NCBI GenBank assembly: GCA_945870425.1
Contig: CAMBSD010000009.1
Location: 50,180-114,179, forward strand
DNA length: 64,000 nucleotides
Source of the DNA: Chitinophaga pinensis
GTDB lineage: Bacteria > Bacteroidota > Bacteroidia > UKL13-3
Reading direction: 5' to 3'
Shown here: positions 9,541 to 19,600 of the stretch, piece after piece
How the letters are laid out: every line of letters begins with the position of its first letter
How positions within the stretch are numbered: the stretch's first letter is position 1
The notes under the pieces: model-generated
Databases searched by the model: none
Seen by the model: the letters and a program-made list of their open reading frames with translations, nothing else
Told to the model about the DNA's origin: nothing
Position numbers and translations under genes: made by a program

Positions 9541-10887
9541 ATGCAAACTTTTATTATGGTTGCCCAACTTATTACCGCACTATCTATATTGGTGGTAATT
9601 CACGAGTTAGGACACTTTTTAGCTGCTAAATTATTCAAAATCAGAGTTGATAAATTTTACCTCTTTTTCGATTTTCTTTTCCCAATGCCCAATATGCTTA
9701 AATTCTCTTTGTTTAAAATCAAAAAAGGAGATACTGAATATGGATTAGGTTGGTTCCCAATGGGAGGTTATGTACAAATAGCTGGAATGGTTGACGAAAA
9801 CATGAATACCGAACAATTGGCTCAACCTGCCGAACCATGGGAATTCAGAAGCAAACCAGCTTGGCAACGAATGATTGTGATGCTTGGTGGTATTATTTTT
9901 AATGTAGCTTTAGGTGTTTTCATTTTTGCCATGATGAGCTATTACTATGGCGAAAGATTTACCAAAAACGAATCTATCAAAAATGGTGTAGTGGCAAGTG
10001 CATTGGCCAAAGAAGTTGGTTTTGAAACAGGCGACAAATTAGTTTCGGTAAATGGAAAACCAATCGTTCATTTCGAAAAAGCATTTGGTAGCGATGAGTT
10101 ATTGGGCGACAAAACTGTTTATACGGTTGACCGTAATGGCGAAAGCAAGCAAATTGAATTGCCTGCTACTTTTCTTTCAAAATTTTCCGAAAACACAAAA
10201 GCAGAGTTTCTAACCCCTCGTCAAACTTTTTTCATAGCAGACTTGGTGCCGAGCGCCAATGCCGAAAAAGCAGGTTTGAAAGTGAATGATGTGATTTTAG
10301 CTGTTGATACCAACAAATTTGTATTCTTTGATGAGTTTCAACAATTGTTGCAAAACAAGAAAAACACAAAAAGTATGTTTACCATTCTTCGTAATACTGA
10401 TACACTAAGATTAGAAGTAGCTATTGATGAAAGTGGTAAAGTAGGCTTCAGACCTGATACCAAAGATTTTGCTTATGATACCATTCAATATGGATTTTTT
10501 ACATCATTGCCTGCTGGTTGGAACAAGGCAGTTGAAACCATCAGCAGTCAAATAAAAGGTTGGGGTAAAATTTTCAATGGAGATATCGCAGTAAACAAAG
10601 CTGTTCAAGGCCCTATTGGTATTGCCAAGTTTTATGGCGGTGAGTGGATTTGGAGTAGATTTTGGTTATTTACAGCGCTTATCTCATTAGGTTTGGCATT
10701 TGCTAACATATTACCCATTCCTGCTTTGGATGGAGGACATGTTGTGTTATTAATCATTGAAATGGTTACGGGCAAACCAATAAGTATTAAGATACAAGAA
10801 CGTGTTCAAACTGCAGGTATGATTATTTTATTATCTCTTATGGTGCTCATATTTGGTAATGATATTTGGCAATTGATAAAAAAATAA
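9541..10887 (+). CDS. rseP: RIP zinc metalloprotease RseP (site-2 protease)
   Basis: N-terminal HELGHF zinc motif, PDZ region, C-terminal 'ANILPIPALDGGHV' (LDG motif). Confidence 0.9.
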   Translation: MQTFIMVAQLITALSILVVIHELGHFLAAKLFKIRVDKFYLFFDFLFPMPNMLKFSLFKIKKGDTEYGLGWFPMGGYVQIAGMVDENMNTEQLAQPAEPWEFRSKPAWQRMIVMLGGIIFNVALGVFIFAMMSYYYGERFTKNESIKNGVVASALAKEVGFETGDKLVSVNGKPIVHFEKAFGSDELLGDKTVYTVDRNGESKQIELPATFLSKFSENTKAEFLTPRQTFFIADLVPSANAEKAGLKVNDVILAVDTNKFVFFDEFQQLLQNKKNTKSMFTILRNTDTLRLEVAIDESGKVGFRPDTKDFAYDTIQYGFFTSLPAGWNKAVETISSQIKGWGKIFNGDIAVNKAVQGPIGIAKFYGGEWIWSRFWLFTALISLGLAFANILPIPALDGGHVVLLIIEMVTGKPISIKIQERVQTAGMIILLSLMVLIFGNDIWQLIKK

Positions 10888-10905
10888 ATTTATTAGATAA
10901 TTGTG

Positions 10906-10942
10906 TAAAAAAGCCTGTGAAATTGTATTCACAGGCTTTTTA
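10906..10942 (+). terminator. rho-independent terminator
   Basis: AAAAAGCCTGTGAA-loop-TTCACAGGCTTTTT. Also read on the opposite strand. Confidence 0.6.
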
Positions 10943-11065
10943 ATTTCCATTTTATTTATGAGTTTCCTAAGACATTATCTATAAAGCTTAAATCGGGTTA
11001 TTACACAAAAGGTTTTGGAATATTAATGTAAAAGAACACATTTGTTATTACACAACAACTTAAAT

Positions 11066-13594
11066 ATGCAAAAATTAACAATTCTATCTCTAAGCATTTT
11101 GCTACTTGCTGCTTGCTCGGGAACAAAAAAGAGTACATCAGCTGCTGCTACAACTCCAACAAGTAGCATTTCAGATAAAGTAAAAGCTTGTAAAAAAAAT
11201 GAAGGTCTATTTACATTATTCCAAGATACTGTAAATGGCAGTGTTTATATGCTTTTGAAAAAAGAGCAGCTTGAAAAAGAGTATATCTATTTTTCATATA
11301 GTGCAGATGGTGTAGTGGCAGCAGGTCATTTCAGAGGAAGTTATAGAGATAACAAAGTATTTACTATAAAAAGATATTTTGATAAAATTGAATTCATAGT
11401 TCAAAACACAGGTTACTATTTTGATAAAAGCAACCCAGTTAGCAAAGCGGCAAATGCCAATATAAGCCCTGCTATTTTGGTTAATCAAAAAATCGTAGCA
11501 GAGGATGTTAAAAAAGGTGAAATATTACTTGATGCTAGTTCAATATTTTTGAGTGAAAGCATGTCTCAAGTTAAACCTACTCCATTCTTCGGATTGCCTC
11601 CAGGTTTTCAAATGTTCTCTTTAGGTGGCCTCAGCCGCGAAAAAACCAAGTTTGTAAGTTTGAAAAATTATGAAAAAAACACAGATATCGTAGTAGAATA
11701 TGTGTATGATAATCCTATGCCAACTGTGGGTGGTGGCAAAGAGGTAACAGATGAAAGAGCGGTTAGTATTTTCTTACAACATTCATTAATCGAAGCTCCT
11801 AAAAACAATTTCAAACCTCGTTTTGATGACCCTCGTATTGGCTATTTTAGCGAAGAAGTGGAAGATATGACTACAACCAATGCTACAGCTTATCATGATT
11901 TGATTCATAGATGGCATTTGGTAAAAAAAGACACGAATGCATCCTTATCAGAGCCCGTTGAACCTATTGTATGGTGGATTGAAAACACTACACCTTATGA
12001 ATTTAGAGCTACCATAAAAGAAGCAGGTGAAAAATGGAACTTAGCCTTTGAAAAAGCTGGTTTCAAAAATGCTGTAATTATTAAAGAACAACCTGATACC
12101 GCAACATGGGATGCAGGTGATATAAGATACAATGTGTTGCGCTGGACAAGTTCACCTCAGCCACCTTTCGGAGGCTATGGACCTAGTTTTGTTGACCCTC
12201 GTACAGGACAAATATTAGGAGCTGATATTATGTTGGAGTATATTTTTGTTACGAATAGACTTAAGCAAGAAGAACTATTTGATGCCAATAGTAGCCTTAA
12301 CAAACCAAACCCAATCAAATATAATAACTACTGCGATGCAAGTAATTACTTACATCAAACTTCATTGTTTGGTTTAAATGCGCTGCAAGCCAATGATATT
12401 AGTGATGTTGAAAAACGCGATTACATTAAACAATCTTTATACTACTTGGTGCTTCACGAAATGGGACATACCATGGGTTTGAATCATAATATGAAAGCAA
12501 GTCAAATGCTTAAACCAGCATTAATTCATAACAAAGAATTGATAAGAAACATTGGTTTGACAGCATCCGTAATGGATTATCCAGCAGTGAATTTATCATT
12601 AGATAAAAGCAAACAAGGCGATTATTTTACAACCCGACCGGGGCCTTATGATTTATGGGCAATTGAGTTTGGTTATTCTCAAGGATTGAATGATGAAGAT
12701 AAAGAAAAAGAGCGCATTGAAAAAATACTTTCACGGTCATCAGATACTTTACTGATTTTTGGTAACGATGCTGATGATATGCGTTCAGCTGGTAATGGAA
12801 TTGACCCCCGTATCAATGTGAATGATATGAGCGGAGATGCAATTGGGTATGGAATTGATCGTATCAAATTATCAAACCAACTATTTGGAAAAATTAAAAC
12901 CAAATACAGCAAAACAGGTCATAGCTATCAAGAACTTCGAATGGCTTATGGCATGACCCAAAGTGAATATTTCAACCAAGTAAATGTTATTTCAAGATAT
13001 ATTGGTGGTGTATATGTTGATAGGAGCTTTGTAGGACAAGCAGGTGCCAGCAAACCATTAATTCCAGTTGATTACAAAGAACAAAAAAGAGCTATGGAGG
13101 CCTTGAGTAATTTTGCTTTTGCTTCTAATGCATTCGCTGTTCAAAACGATTTATACAATTATCTACAAACACAACGAAGAGGTTTTAACTTTTTTGGTAC
13201 CAACGAAGATCCAAAAATTCATGCTCGTATAGTTTCATATCAAAGTATGATTTTGTCACACTTGCTCAATACAACCACATTAAAAAGAATGACCGATAGC
13301 AGGTTATATGGAAACAAGTATAGTGTCTTGGAAATGATGAACGATTTGACTAAAGCCTGCTTTGCCTCTGACGCGAGTAATCCGAACACATTTAGGCAAA
13401 ACCTTCATACACTTTACACTGAAAGATTAATATCGATATTTAAGTCTGGAGCCTACGATGCTCAATCACAAGCTGCAGCCTTAGCTCAATTAAAACAAAT
13501 ATTGAATTTTTGTAAAGCTGGAAGTAATGAGGAGGCCAAAGCTCATTATGCCAATCTAAAATTAAAAATTGATCAAGCAATGGCTCTAAAATAG
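11066..13594 (+). CDS. zinc-dependent metalloprotease lipoprotein (HEXXH)
   Basis: Lipoprotein signal 'MQKLTILSLSILLLAACSG'. 'VLHEMGHTMGLNHN' zinc-binding motif. Start moved to the Met preceding the lipobox; the ORF track begins at 11042. Confidence 0.75.
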   Translation: MQKLTILSLSILLLAACSGTKKSTSAAATTPTSSISDKVKACKKNEGLFTLFQDTVNGSVYMLLKKEQLEKEYIYFSYSADGVVAAGHFRGSYRDNKVFTIKRYFDKIEFIVQNTGYYFDKSNPVSKAANANISPAILVNQKIVAEDVKKGEILLDASSIFLSESMSQVKPTPFFGLPPGFQMFSLGGLSREKTKFVSLKNYEKNTDIVVEYVYDNPMPTVGGGKEVTDERAVSIFLQHSLIEAPKNNFKPRFDDPRIGYFSEEVEDMTTTNATAYHDLIHRWHLVKKDTNASLSEPVEPIVWWIENTTPYEFRATIKEAGEKWNLAFEKAGFKNAVIIKEQPDTATWDAGDIRYNVLRWTSSPQPPFGGYGPSFVDPRTGQILGADIMLEYIFVTNRLKQEELFDANSSLNKPNPIKYNNYCDASNYLHQTSLFGLNALQANDISDVEKRDYIKQSLYYLVLHEMGHTMGLNHNMKASQMLKPALIHNKELIRNIGLTASVMDYPAVNLSLDKSKQGDYFTTRPGPYDLWAIEFGYSQGLNDEDKEKERIEKILSRSSDTLLIFGNDADDMRSAGNGIDPRINVNDMSGDAIGYGIDRIKLSNQLFGKIKTKYSKTGHSYQELRMAYGMTQSEYFNQVNVISRYIGGVYVDRSFVGQAGASKPLIPVDYKEQKRAMEALSNFAFASNAFAVQNDLYNYLQTQRRGFNFFGTNEDPKIHARIVSYQSMILSHLLNTTTLKRMTDSRLYGNKYSVLEMMNDLTKACFASDASNPNTFRQNLHTLYTERLISIFKSGAYDAQSQAAALAQLKQILNFCKAGSNEEAKAHYANLKLKIDQAMALK

Positions 13595-13632
13595 TTAGGC
13601 TTTAGATCTATATTTGACTAATAATCAAATTC

Positions 13633-13669
13633 AAAAAACCTACTTAATATCAAATAAGTAGGTTTTTTT
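13633..13669 (+). terminator. rho-independent terminator
   Basis: AAAAAACCTACTTA-loop-TAAGTAGGTTTTTTT. Confidence 0.6.
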
Positions 13670-13742
13670 ATGGCCTTTGTAAATAATTTAATATCGGTAA
13701 AGAATAATTTTAAACATTAACGATAAATAATATATTTGTGGG

Positions 13743-14723
13743 GTGGAATGGAAAAACTACAATTATGAGTTTGAAGGCATTGATAAATACCTTAATCGCA
13801 TAGCAGAGAAAAAAACTCAGCTAGATGCTTTGCGTCCATTTCCGATGGCCTCCCTCAAAAATATAAAAGAAAATTTAACCTTGGAGTGGACGTATAATTC
13901 GAATAGTATCGAGGGAAATACTCTAACCTTGCAAGAAACCAAAATGGTAATTGAAGAAGGTTTTACCATCAAAGGGAAATCCTTGAGAGAACATTTTGAA
14001 GCCGTTAACCACCATGATGCCATTGAATTTGTTGAAAGTCTTGTTAGTAAAGATCATAAAATAAGTGATATGGATGTTTTAACAATTCATAGTTTGGTCT
14101 TGCAGAAAATTGAAAAGGAATTTGCAGGGAGATACAGAAATGCTGGTGTTAGAATATCAGGGGCAAATTTTGTTCCCCCAAATGCCCTAAAAGTGGATGC
14201 TTACATGACTGATTTAATCGATTGGTTAAATGATGACAGTATTTTAATTAATTCAGTTGTGAAGGCAGCCATTTTCCATCATCGTTTTGTGTGGATTCAT
14301 CCTTTCTTTGATGGCAATGGAAGAACGGTGAGGCTCGCCTATAATTTATACCTGATGAAACTTGGCTTTCCTCCTGCCATTATTTTAAAAAACGACAGAA
14401 AAAAATATTACGATTCGCTGAACAAAGCCAACAATGGAGATTATTCTAAATTGGTGCTTTTGGTTCTGCAAGCCCTAGAACGTTCAATGGATATCTATTT
14501 AGGTAATTTAACGAATACATACGATAATTACCAGCCAATATCGAATATAGTTAGTGAACCTGGCGTGCCTTATGGCCAAGAATATATTAGCTTATTGGCA
14601 AGGCAAGGAAAGATTGATGCCTTTAAAGAGGGTAAGAATTGGTATACTTCAAAAGATGCTCTGAATAGTTATATCATAAAACGTGAAAGAAAAAGAAGAA
14701 TAAAACCAAACCCAGAAAAATAA
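13743..14723 (+). CDS. Fic/DOC family protein (AMPylation-type Fido domain)
   Basis: Canonical Fic motif 'HPFFDGNGRTVR' (HPFx[D/E]GNGR). GTG start. Confidence 0.85.
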   Translation: MEWKNYNYEFEGIDKYLNRIAEKKTQLDALRPFPMASLKNIKENLTLEWTYNSNSIEGNTLTLQETKMVIEEGFTIKGKSLREHFEAVNHHDAIEFVESLVSKDHKISDMDVLTIHSLVLQKIEKEFAGRYRNAGVRISGANFVPPNALKVDAYMTDLIDWLNDDSILINSVVKAAIFHHRFVWIHPFFDGNGRTVRLAYNLYLMKLGFPPAIILKNDRKKYYDSLNKANNGDYSKLVLLVLQALERSMDIYLGNLTNTYDNYQPISNIVSEPGVPYGQEYISLLARQGKIDAFKEGKNWYTSKDALNSYIIKRERKRRIKPNPEK

Positions 14724-14757
14724 AGAAAGCCCGATTCATTGAATCGGGCTTTCTTTG
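14722..14757. terminator. bidirectional perfect-palindrome hairpin between fic and tRNA-Ser
   Basis: AAAGAAAGCCCGATTC-ATTG-GAATCGGGCTTTCTTT, a 16-bp stem with A-run and T-run flanks. It directly abuts the tRNA 3' end. Confidence 0.6.
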
Positions 14758-14843
14758 GCGGAGAGTTAGGGATTCGAACCACAGGTCCTGTAACAGACAA
14801 CAGTTTTCAAGACTGCCGCAATCGACCACTCTGCCAACTCTCC
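14756..14843 (-). tRNA. tRNA-Ser (anticodon TGA), class II with long variable arm
   Basis: Minus-strand reading: GGAGAGT acceptor, D-arm GCAG/TTGC, anticodon stem GCAGT/ACTGT with loop CTTGAAA (anticodon UGA), long variable arm, T-loop TTCGAAT, 3' ACTCTCC-G-CCA. CCA is encoded. Confidence 0.8.
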
Positions 14844-15403
14844 ATCTGCAAAAGTAAGGCTATGCTTTATTTTGACCAAATTTTTATGCTTATAAATAAA
14901 AAAATCCTACATAAAGGCAGGATTTTTACTGATTATCAAACCAAAATGATTTTAATTGAGAACAATCTTTTGAACCAATTGGCTATTCCCTACCCTTATT
15001 TTGATAAAGTAAATGGCAATATTCAAATCAAAATGACTGATTTAATAACCGTATCAGAAATATTCTCAAAACCATAGTTATGCATCACATGCAACACCAC
15101 AGGAATAATGTATTTAGGATGAGATGTTTTTAATGTTTTTTTTTAAGCTATTACTTCTTTATTGGCTCCGAGGTATTCAAACCAGACTTGGTCAAATTAA
15201 GCTCTTGATAAGCGAGATTGCTCGGGATTGGGGGAGAACTTACGGCTGCTTTAGCAAACTGTGCCAAATTTATTTGTTTGTGCTATGGCTCATGGCCATA
15301 ACACAAACAATAAACTGAACGTAATGATTATTATTTTCACAACTAAACCAATTCAGACTTTAACAATGCTAACCGATTTAATATTCAATCGAGAATTCTT
15401 AGT

Positions 15404-17611
15404 TTAGTTTAATACTACTTTTTGAGTCAATGTATTTTCTCCCACCATCATTTTGATGAAGTAAATACCACTATTTAGGTTCAAGTCAGATTTACTAATC
15501 TGTAACTCATGCTTACCTTCTGATTGCATGCCATTACTAAGTGTAGCAATTTGTTTACCTGCAATATCAAAAATAGCCACTTCAACATTTTCTTTAGTAT
15601 TTAAGCTATAGGACATAATAGCAGAAGAATTGAAAGGGTTTGGATATAAATTGAAACCTAATTGTTCTTTTAATAAGTCGTTGTTGATACTTGAAGCTAA
15701 ACCAACTTGCACTTCATCCAGGTAGAAGTTATTTCCACCTTCGTATGCCAATTCAATTCTGAATTTAACATTATTGAGTGCTGCACCAGTTGGCAATAAA
15801 GCACCATCCAATTTAACTTCTTTCCATTTGCTTTGATCAGCAGGAACAAAATAACTTGTATATGGAATAGGAGAAGTAGCTGAACTACCATTGGTTGCCG
15901 TAAATAATGCAGCACCTGAAACTACCTTTTTAGCTGTCCATGATTTACCACAATCAGTAGAATAAGAAACTCTTAACACATCAGGAGATGCAGTAATTGA
16001 CAATGGTGAGTATGTACCTTGTGCAAATGCATACTTGAATTTGAAGTATGGGGCAGCAGAACCTGACAAGTTGAATGATGGGGAAATAAAATAGAAACTT
16101 GTTTGAATAGCACTTGGATTAACAGGCAACATCATGCTATAATTTCCAGAGTATGGAACAGGTGTTCTAACCCAAGTTAATCTAGTTGAAGCATTTTCGT
16201 TTTCAAAATACCAACCATTTGATTGGAAGTCATTTAAATAGTCCCAATCTGCTGTATAAGCGCTTTTAGGCAAAGCAGCAGTAGCAGGTAATATGGTAAT
16301 GTAATTTTTATAAACAGTATCTCTTGAACCTGCTGGTCCTGTAACTTTCAATTTTACATCATATGTTCCCGGATTGGCATAAGTAATAGCAGGTGTAGTT
16401 GTGCTAAGCGCAGAACTGGTTGAAGCCGTGTATGTATTGGGTGTACCTCCGTCAAAAGTCCATTCCGCAGAAGTTATAGTACCATTATACGAAGTTTGAC
16501 GGAAAGTAAAAGAGTTATTTGCACATGCAGTAGTTGATGTTGAAACATTGTTTAAAGTAATACCAAATGATGGGATAGGTGTGCAAGGAGTTGCGGCATC
16601 TAAAACACCTGTTCTAACTAAATTATCAGCTGACCATAATTGTCTTCTATAGTAATCTAATGAATAGAACATTCTAGCTCTTTGCTCTAATGTAAACATT
16701 TTACTAGAACAAGGACCGTCAAAATAATCCATAATATTTTCTTGTTGATCTGGTAAATCAGGATTATCATTTGAACAAGTATTATAAAGAGGTAAACCAC
16801 ATTTATTGCCTCTACCTGTGTTCACTTGATTTGTGCTGTAAGTAAAATAAGTTGGAGGAGTATCAAAAATATTATCACCATTGATATCACAACTATCCCC
16901 TTCAAACGGATGAGATAATCCAAACCAATGACCAGCTTCATGAGCACCTGTTCCATCAGCTATGAATTGACCAGCAACTAGCAATATACCATCCGTATTA
17001 GCGGGACTGAAGCCAACAGGAAATTGGGCAAAACCACCCACTTGTTTTCCTCCAGACAGAACCGAACTCGCCACCCAAATATTTAGGTATCTTTTGGTAT
17101 CCCATGAAATCAATTTTTTAATTTCATTAGTTGCATTTGAAGTTTGCTCCGTTTGAGTGCGGGTGATACCTGTGGTACAATTTCCCTGAGGATCTTTTTT
17201 TGCTAATCTGAATTCTATGTCACTGCAATCGGCTACGAGATGCTGAAAAATTGGACGAACACTAGCTGCTTTATTACCTTTATAAAAATCGTTCATAAGA
17301 TTAATAGTAGCCTGCACTTGCGCATCTGAAAGATTTTCTGAGCCATAGTTGTGCATAATATGTATTACAACTGGAATGATATATTTGGGCTGTGCACTTT
17401 TTTTAAGAATGTTAGATTTTATTTCATCTTTATGCATTTCGCGGTATTGAGACCAACCTTGTTCAAATTGGTTTCTTTGTTGAATGTACTCATCTGGGTT
17501 GAGGTCTCTCAACGACTGATTATACTGTGTGGTTCCGCATTTAGGAGTTTGTGCACTGGCACCAAGGCAGAACACAATTAAAGCACTTAGAGTAATAATT
17601 ATATTTTTCAT
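15404..17611 (-). CDS. metzincin (M43/pappalysin-like) zinc metalloprotease with T9SS C-terminal sorting domain
   Basis: Signal peptide. 'HEAGHWFGLSHPFEGDSCD' (HExxHxxGxxH). C-terminal 'LYPNPFNSSAIMSYSL...VAIFDIAGKQIATL...GIYFIKMMVGENTLTQKVVLN'. Confidence 0.8.
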   Translation of the reverse strand: MKNIIITLSALIVFCLGASAQTPKCGTTQYNQSLRDLNPDEYIQQRNQFEQGWSQYREMHKDEIKSNILKKSAQPKYIIPVVIHIMHNYGSENLSDAQVQATINLMNDFYKGNKAASVRPIFQHLVADCSDIEFRLAKKDPQGNCTTGITRTQTEQTSNATNEIKKLISWDTKRYLNIWVASSVLSGGKQVGGFAQFPVGFSPANTDGILLVAGQFIADGTGAHEAGHWFGLSHPFEGDSCDINGDNIFDTPPTYFTYSTNQVNTGRGNKCGLPLYNTCSNDNPDLPDQQENIMDYFDGPCSSKMFTLEQRARMFYSLDYYRRQLWSADNLVRTGVLDAATPCTPIPSFGITLNNVSTSTTACANNSFTFRQTSYNGTITSAEWTFDGGTPNTYTASTSSALSTTTPAITYANPGTYDVKLKVTGPAGSRDTVYKNYITILPATAALPKSAYTADWDYLNDFQSNGWYFENENASTRLTWVRTPVPYSGNYSMMLPVNPSAIQTSFYFISPSFNLSGSAAPYFKFKYAFAQGTYSPLSITASPDVLRVSYSTDCGKSWTAKKVVSGAALFTATNGSSATSPIPYTSYFVPADQSKWKEVKLDGALLPTGAALNNVKFRIELAYEGGNNFYLDEVQVGLASSINNDLLKEQLGFNLYPNPFNSSAIMSYSLNTKENVEVAIFDIAGKQIATLSNGMQSEGKHELQISKSDLNLNSGIYFIKMMVGENTLTQKVVLN

Positions 17612-17691
17612 ATTTAATTAATTTCAGGTTAGCAAAATAACAATATTTATGTGTATGTCAATATCAAATTCAAATGGGTTGCATCATATTT

Positions 17692-18183
17692 TCATCTTTT
17701 TTTCTCCCACACCTCCAAATCGGATAATTTGCCTTCATAAATATTTAACCTAATGGCTGTGCAAATTTGATGAAAACCATGATTTCCAGCTGCTCCCGGA
17801 TTAATGTGCATCAAGTTATTTTTTTTATCGCGCATCACTTTCAAAATATGAGAATGTCCACAAATCATGATATCCGGTGTAGATATTTTTAGGATTTTTT
17901 TAAAAAGAGGGGAATATTTTTCGGGATAACCGCCAATATGAAGTATACAAACATTCAGACCTTGGTATGCAAACTGATTAACTTCAGGATAAATTAACCT
18001 AACATCTTGTCCATCAATATTCCCGTAAACAGAACGAATGGGTTTAAAATTTTCTAACTGTTTCACGGTATCGGCCGAACCCCAATCACCTGCATGCCAA
18101 ATCTCCTCACAATCAGCAAAAAATGTAAATAGACTCGAATCAATATATCCGTGTGTGTCTGATAATATTCCGATTTTTGGCAT
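17692..18183 (-). CDS. metallophosphoesterase (YfcE/MJ0936-like)
   Basis: 'IGILSDTHGY', 'GDWGS', 'GHSHIL' metal-binding motifs. Start set at MPKIGILSD; the ORF track extends to 18228. Confidence 0.75.
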   Translation of the reverse strand: MPKIGILSDTHGYIDSSLFTFFADCEEIWHAGDWGSADTVKQLENFKPIRSVYGNIDGQDVRLIYPEVNQFAYQGLNVCILHIGGYPEKYSPLFKKILKISTPDIMICGHSHILKVMRDKKNNLMHINPGAAGNHGFHQICTAIRLNIYEGKLSDLEVWEKKR

Positions 18184-18190
18184 TTTGATA

Positions 18191-18847
18191 ATGTCGTATA
18201 AAGTTGCAACATTGCACAATATTTTCAATCTTCAAATGAGTATTACTTTAATTATTATAATTTTCACATCGGCATTGAGTATTTTTTCATTTTATAATCC
18301 TGATGCCATGTACAAATTGATTCTAAATCCTTACCAAACTAAAAGCAGCAAGGACTGGTATCGTTTGGTGTCATCAGGGTTTATTCATGCGGATTGGATG
18401 CATCTTTTTGTAAATATGTTTGTGCTTTATAGCTTTGGCAATATTGTAGAGTACTATTACCATCAGATCTTTGGCGAAATTGCGATAACCACTTTTTTGA
18501 TGCTTTATATCTCTTCTATTTTTGCAGCTAATTTACCGACTTATTATAAATACCAAAATCATTCAGGTTATAATTCTCTTGGCGCATCAGGAGCAACATC
18601 AGCTGTTTTATTTGCATCCATATTGTTTCAACCATTTGCCAAAATTTATCTGTATTTTATTCCCATACCAGGTATAATGGCTGGGATTTTATATTTGTTT
18701 TACTCCTACTATATGGACAAGAAACAAGTAGACAATGTTAACCATGATGCACATTTTTGGGGAGCCCTTTATGGTGTTGCCTTTACAATTGTTCTTAAGC
18801 CTAAGGTAGTATTTATATTTTTAGACCAATTGGGTATTCATTTTTAA
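18191..18847 (+). CDS. rhomboid family intramembrane serine protease
   Basis: 'GASGATSAVL' (GxSG catalytic Ser) and a downstream His in a TM helix (HFWGALYG). Alternative start at 18236. Confidence 0.7.
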   Translation: MSYKVATLHNIFNLQMSITLIIIIFTSALSIFSFYNPDAMYKLILNPYQTKSSKDWYRLVSSGFIHADWMHLFVNMFVLYSFGNIVEYYYHQIFGEIAITTFLMLYISSIFAANLPTYYKYQNHSGYNSLGASGATSAVLFASILFQPFAKIYLYFIPIPGIMAGILYLFYSYYMDKKQVDNVNHDAHFWGALYGVAFTIVLKPKVVFIFLDQLGIHF

Positions 18848-19464
18848 AATAAAAAACCAATCCTAAAATCATAAGGACGTCCATAAAACGTATTGTTGGA
18901 ATCATACAGCACATTGTAAAGTAGCATTATATAGGTTCCGCTGCCAGAGCCATTTGAAGAATATCCTCCTCCTAGATATAAGTTATTATTCCAAAATGTC
19001 TTATCTACAAAATCAGCCTTGTATTTATCATAAACGGGTGTTTTAAAACTGATTCCTTGGTATTCAGTGTAAGCGAAAATATTTTCAATTACATTATATC
19101 TTGCAAATACACCAGGCCCAATTACGTGGTTAGTTAGTTCACGCTTGAATGTATTTACCCCATTTGATACTTCATAGGTTTGGGACGAATAAATATACAA
19201 TGGATCAACTCCCACAGAAAAGTTATCTGTTACCTTATAGCCAACAATAGGCTGAATTAGAAACAAGGAATAACCAGTAGAAAAACCACCACCCAAATTG
19301 CCACCAAAATATAACTTGTCGGCAAAGGATGACTTCTTAGCACCCTCGTATTGCTCAATTTTTGCTTGTTCGTCAGACTGCTGTTCATCAAGCTGCTGTG
19401 CTTTTCTTTGGGCCAAACATGGCAAAGTAAAGGCAATTATCAATAGTAGAAATAGCTTTTTCAT
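18844..19464 (-). CDS. outer-membrane beta-barrel protein (porin-like, PorT/OmpA-like)
   Basis: Signal peptide 'MKKLFLLLIIAFTLPCLAQ', alternating hydrophobic beta-strand pattern, terminal aromatic ...FRIGFLF. Confidence 0.55.
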   Translation of the reverse strand: MKKLFLLLIIAFTLPCLAQRKAQQLDEQQSDEQAKIEQYEGAKKSSFADKLYFGGNLGGGFSTGYSLFLIQPIVGYKVTDNFSVGVDPLYIYSSQTYEVSNGVNTFKRELTNHVIGPGVFARYNVIENIFAYTEYQGISFKTPVYDKYKADFVDKTFWNNNLYLGGGYSSNGSGSGTYIMLLYNVLYDSNNTFYGRPYDFRIGFLF

Positions 19465-19600
19465 GAATTGAATTTTGTACAAATAACGCAAAAATTATCC
19501 TGTCAAGGTATGTGAATTAGATTATGGACAAATTTATTACACAAATTTTGGTAATTAGCCTATACGACTATTACTTTGATGCTCATTTAAATAATACACC

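Noticed and set aside
14739-15077. Track ORF of 112 aa overlapping the tRNA-Ser gene.
   Set aside because: The sequence folds as a canonical class II tRNA on the minus strand. The ORF is an artefact of the stop-poor tRNA region.
15124-15318. 64-aa ORF in the 550-bp non-coding stretch after the tRNA.
   Set aside because: No motif and no plausible start context. The region is better explained as tRNA promoter or terminator space containing hairpins.
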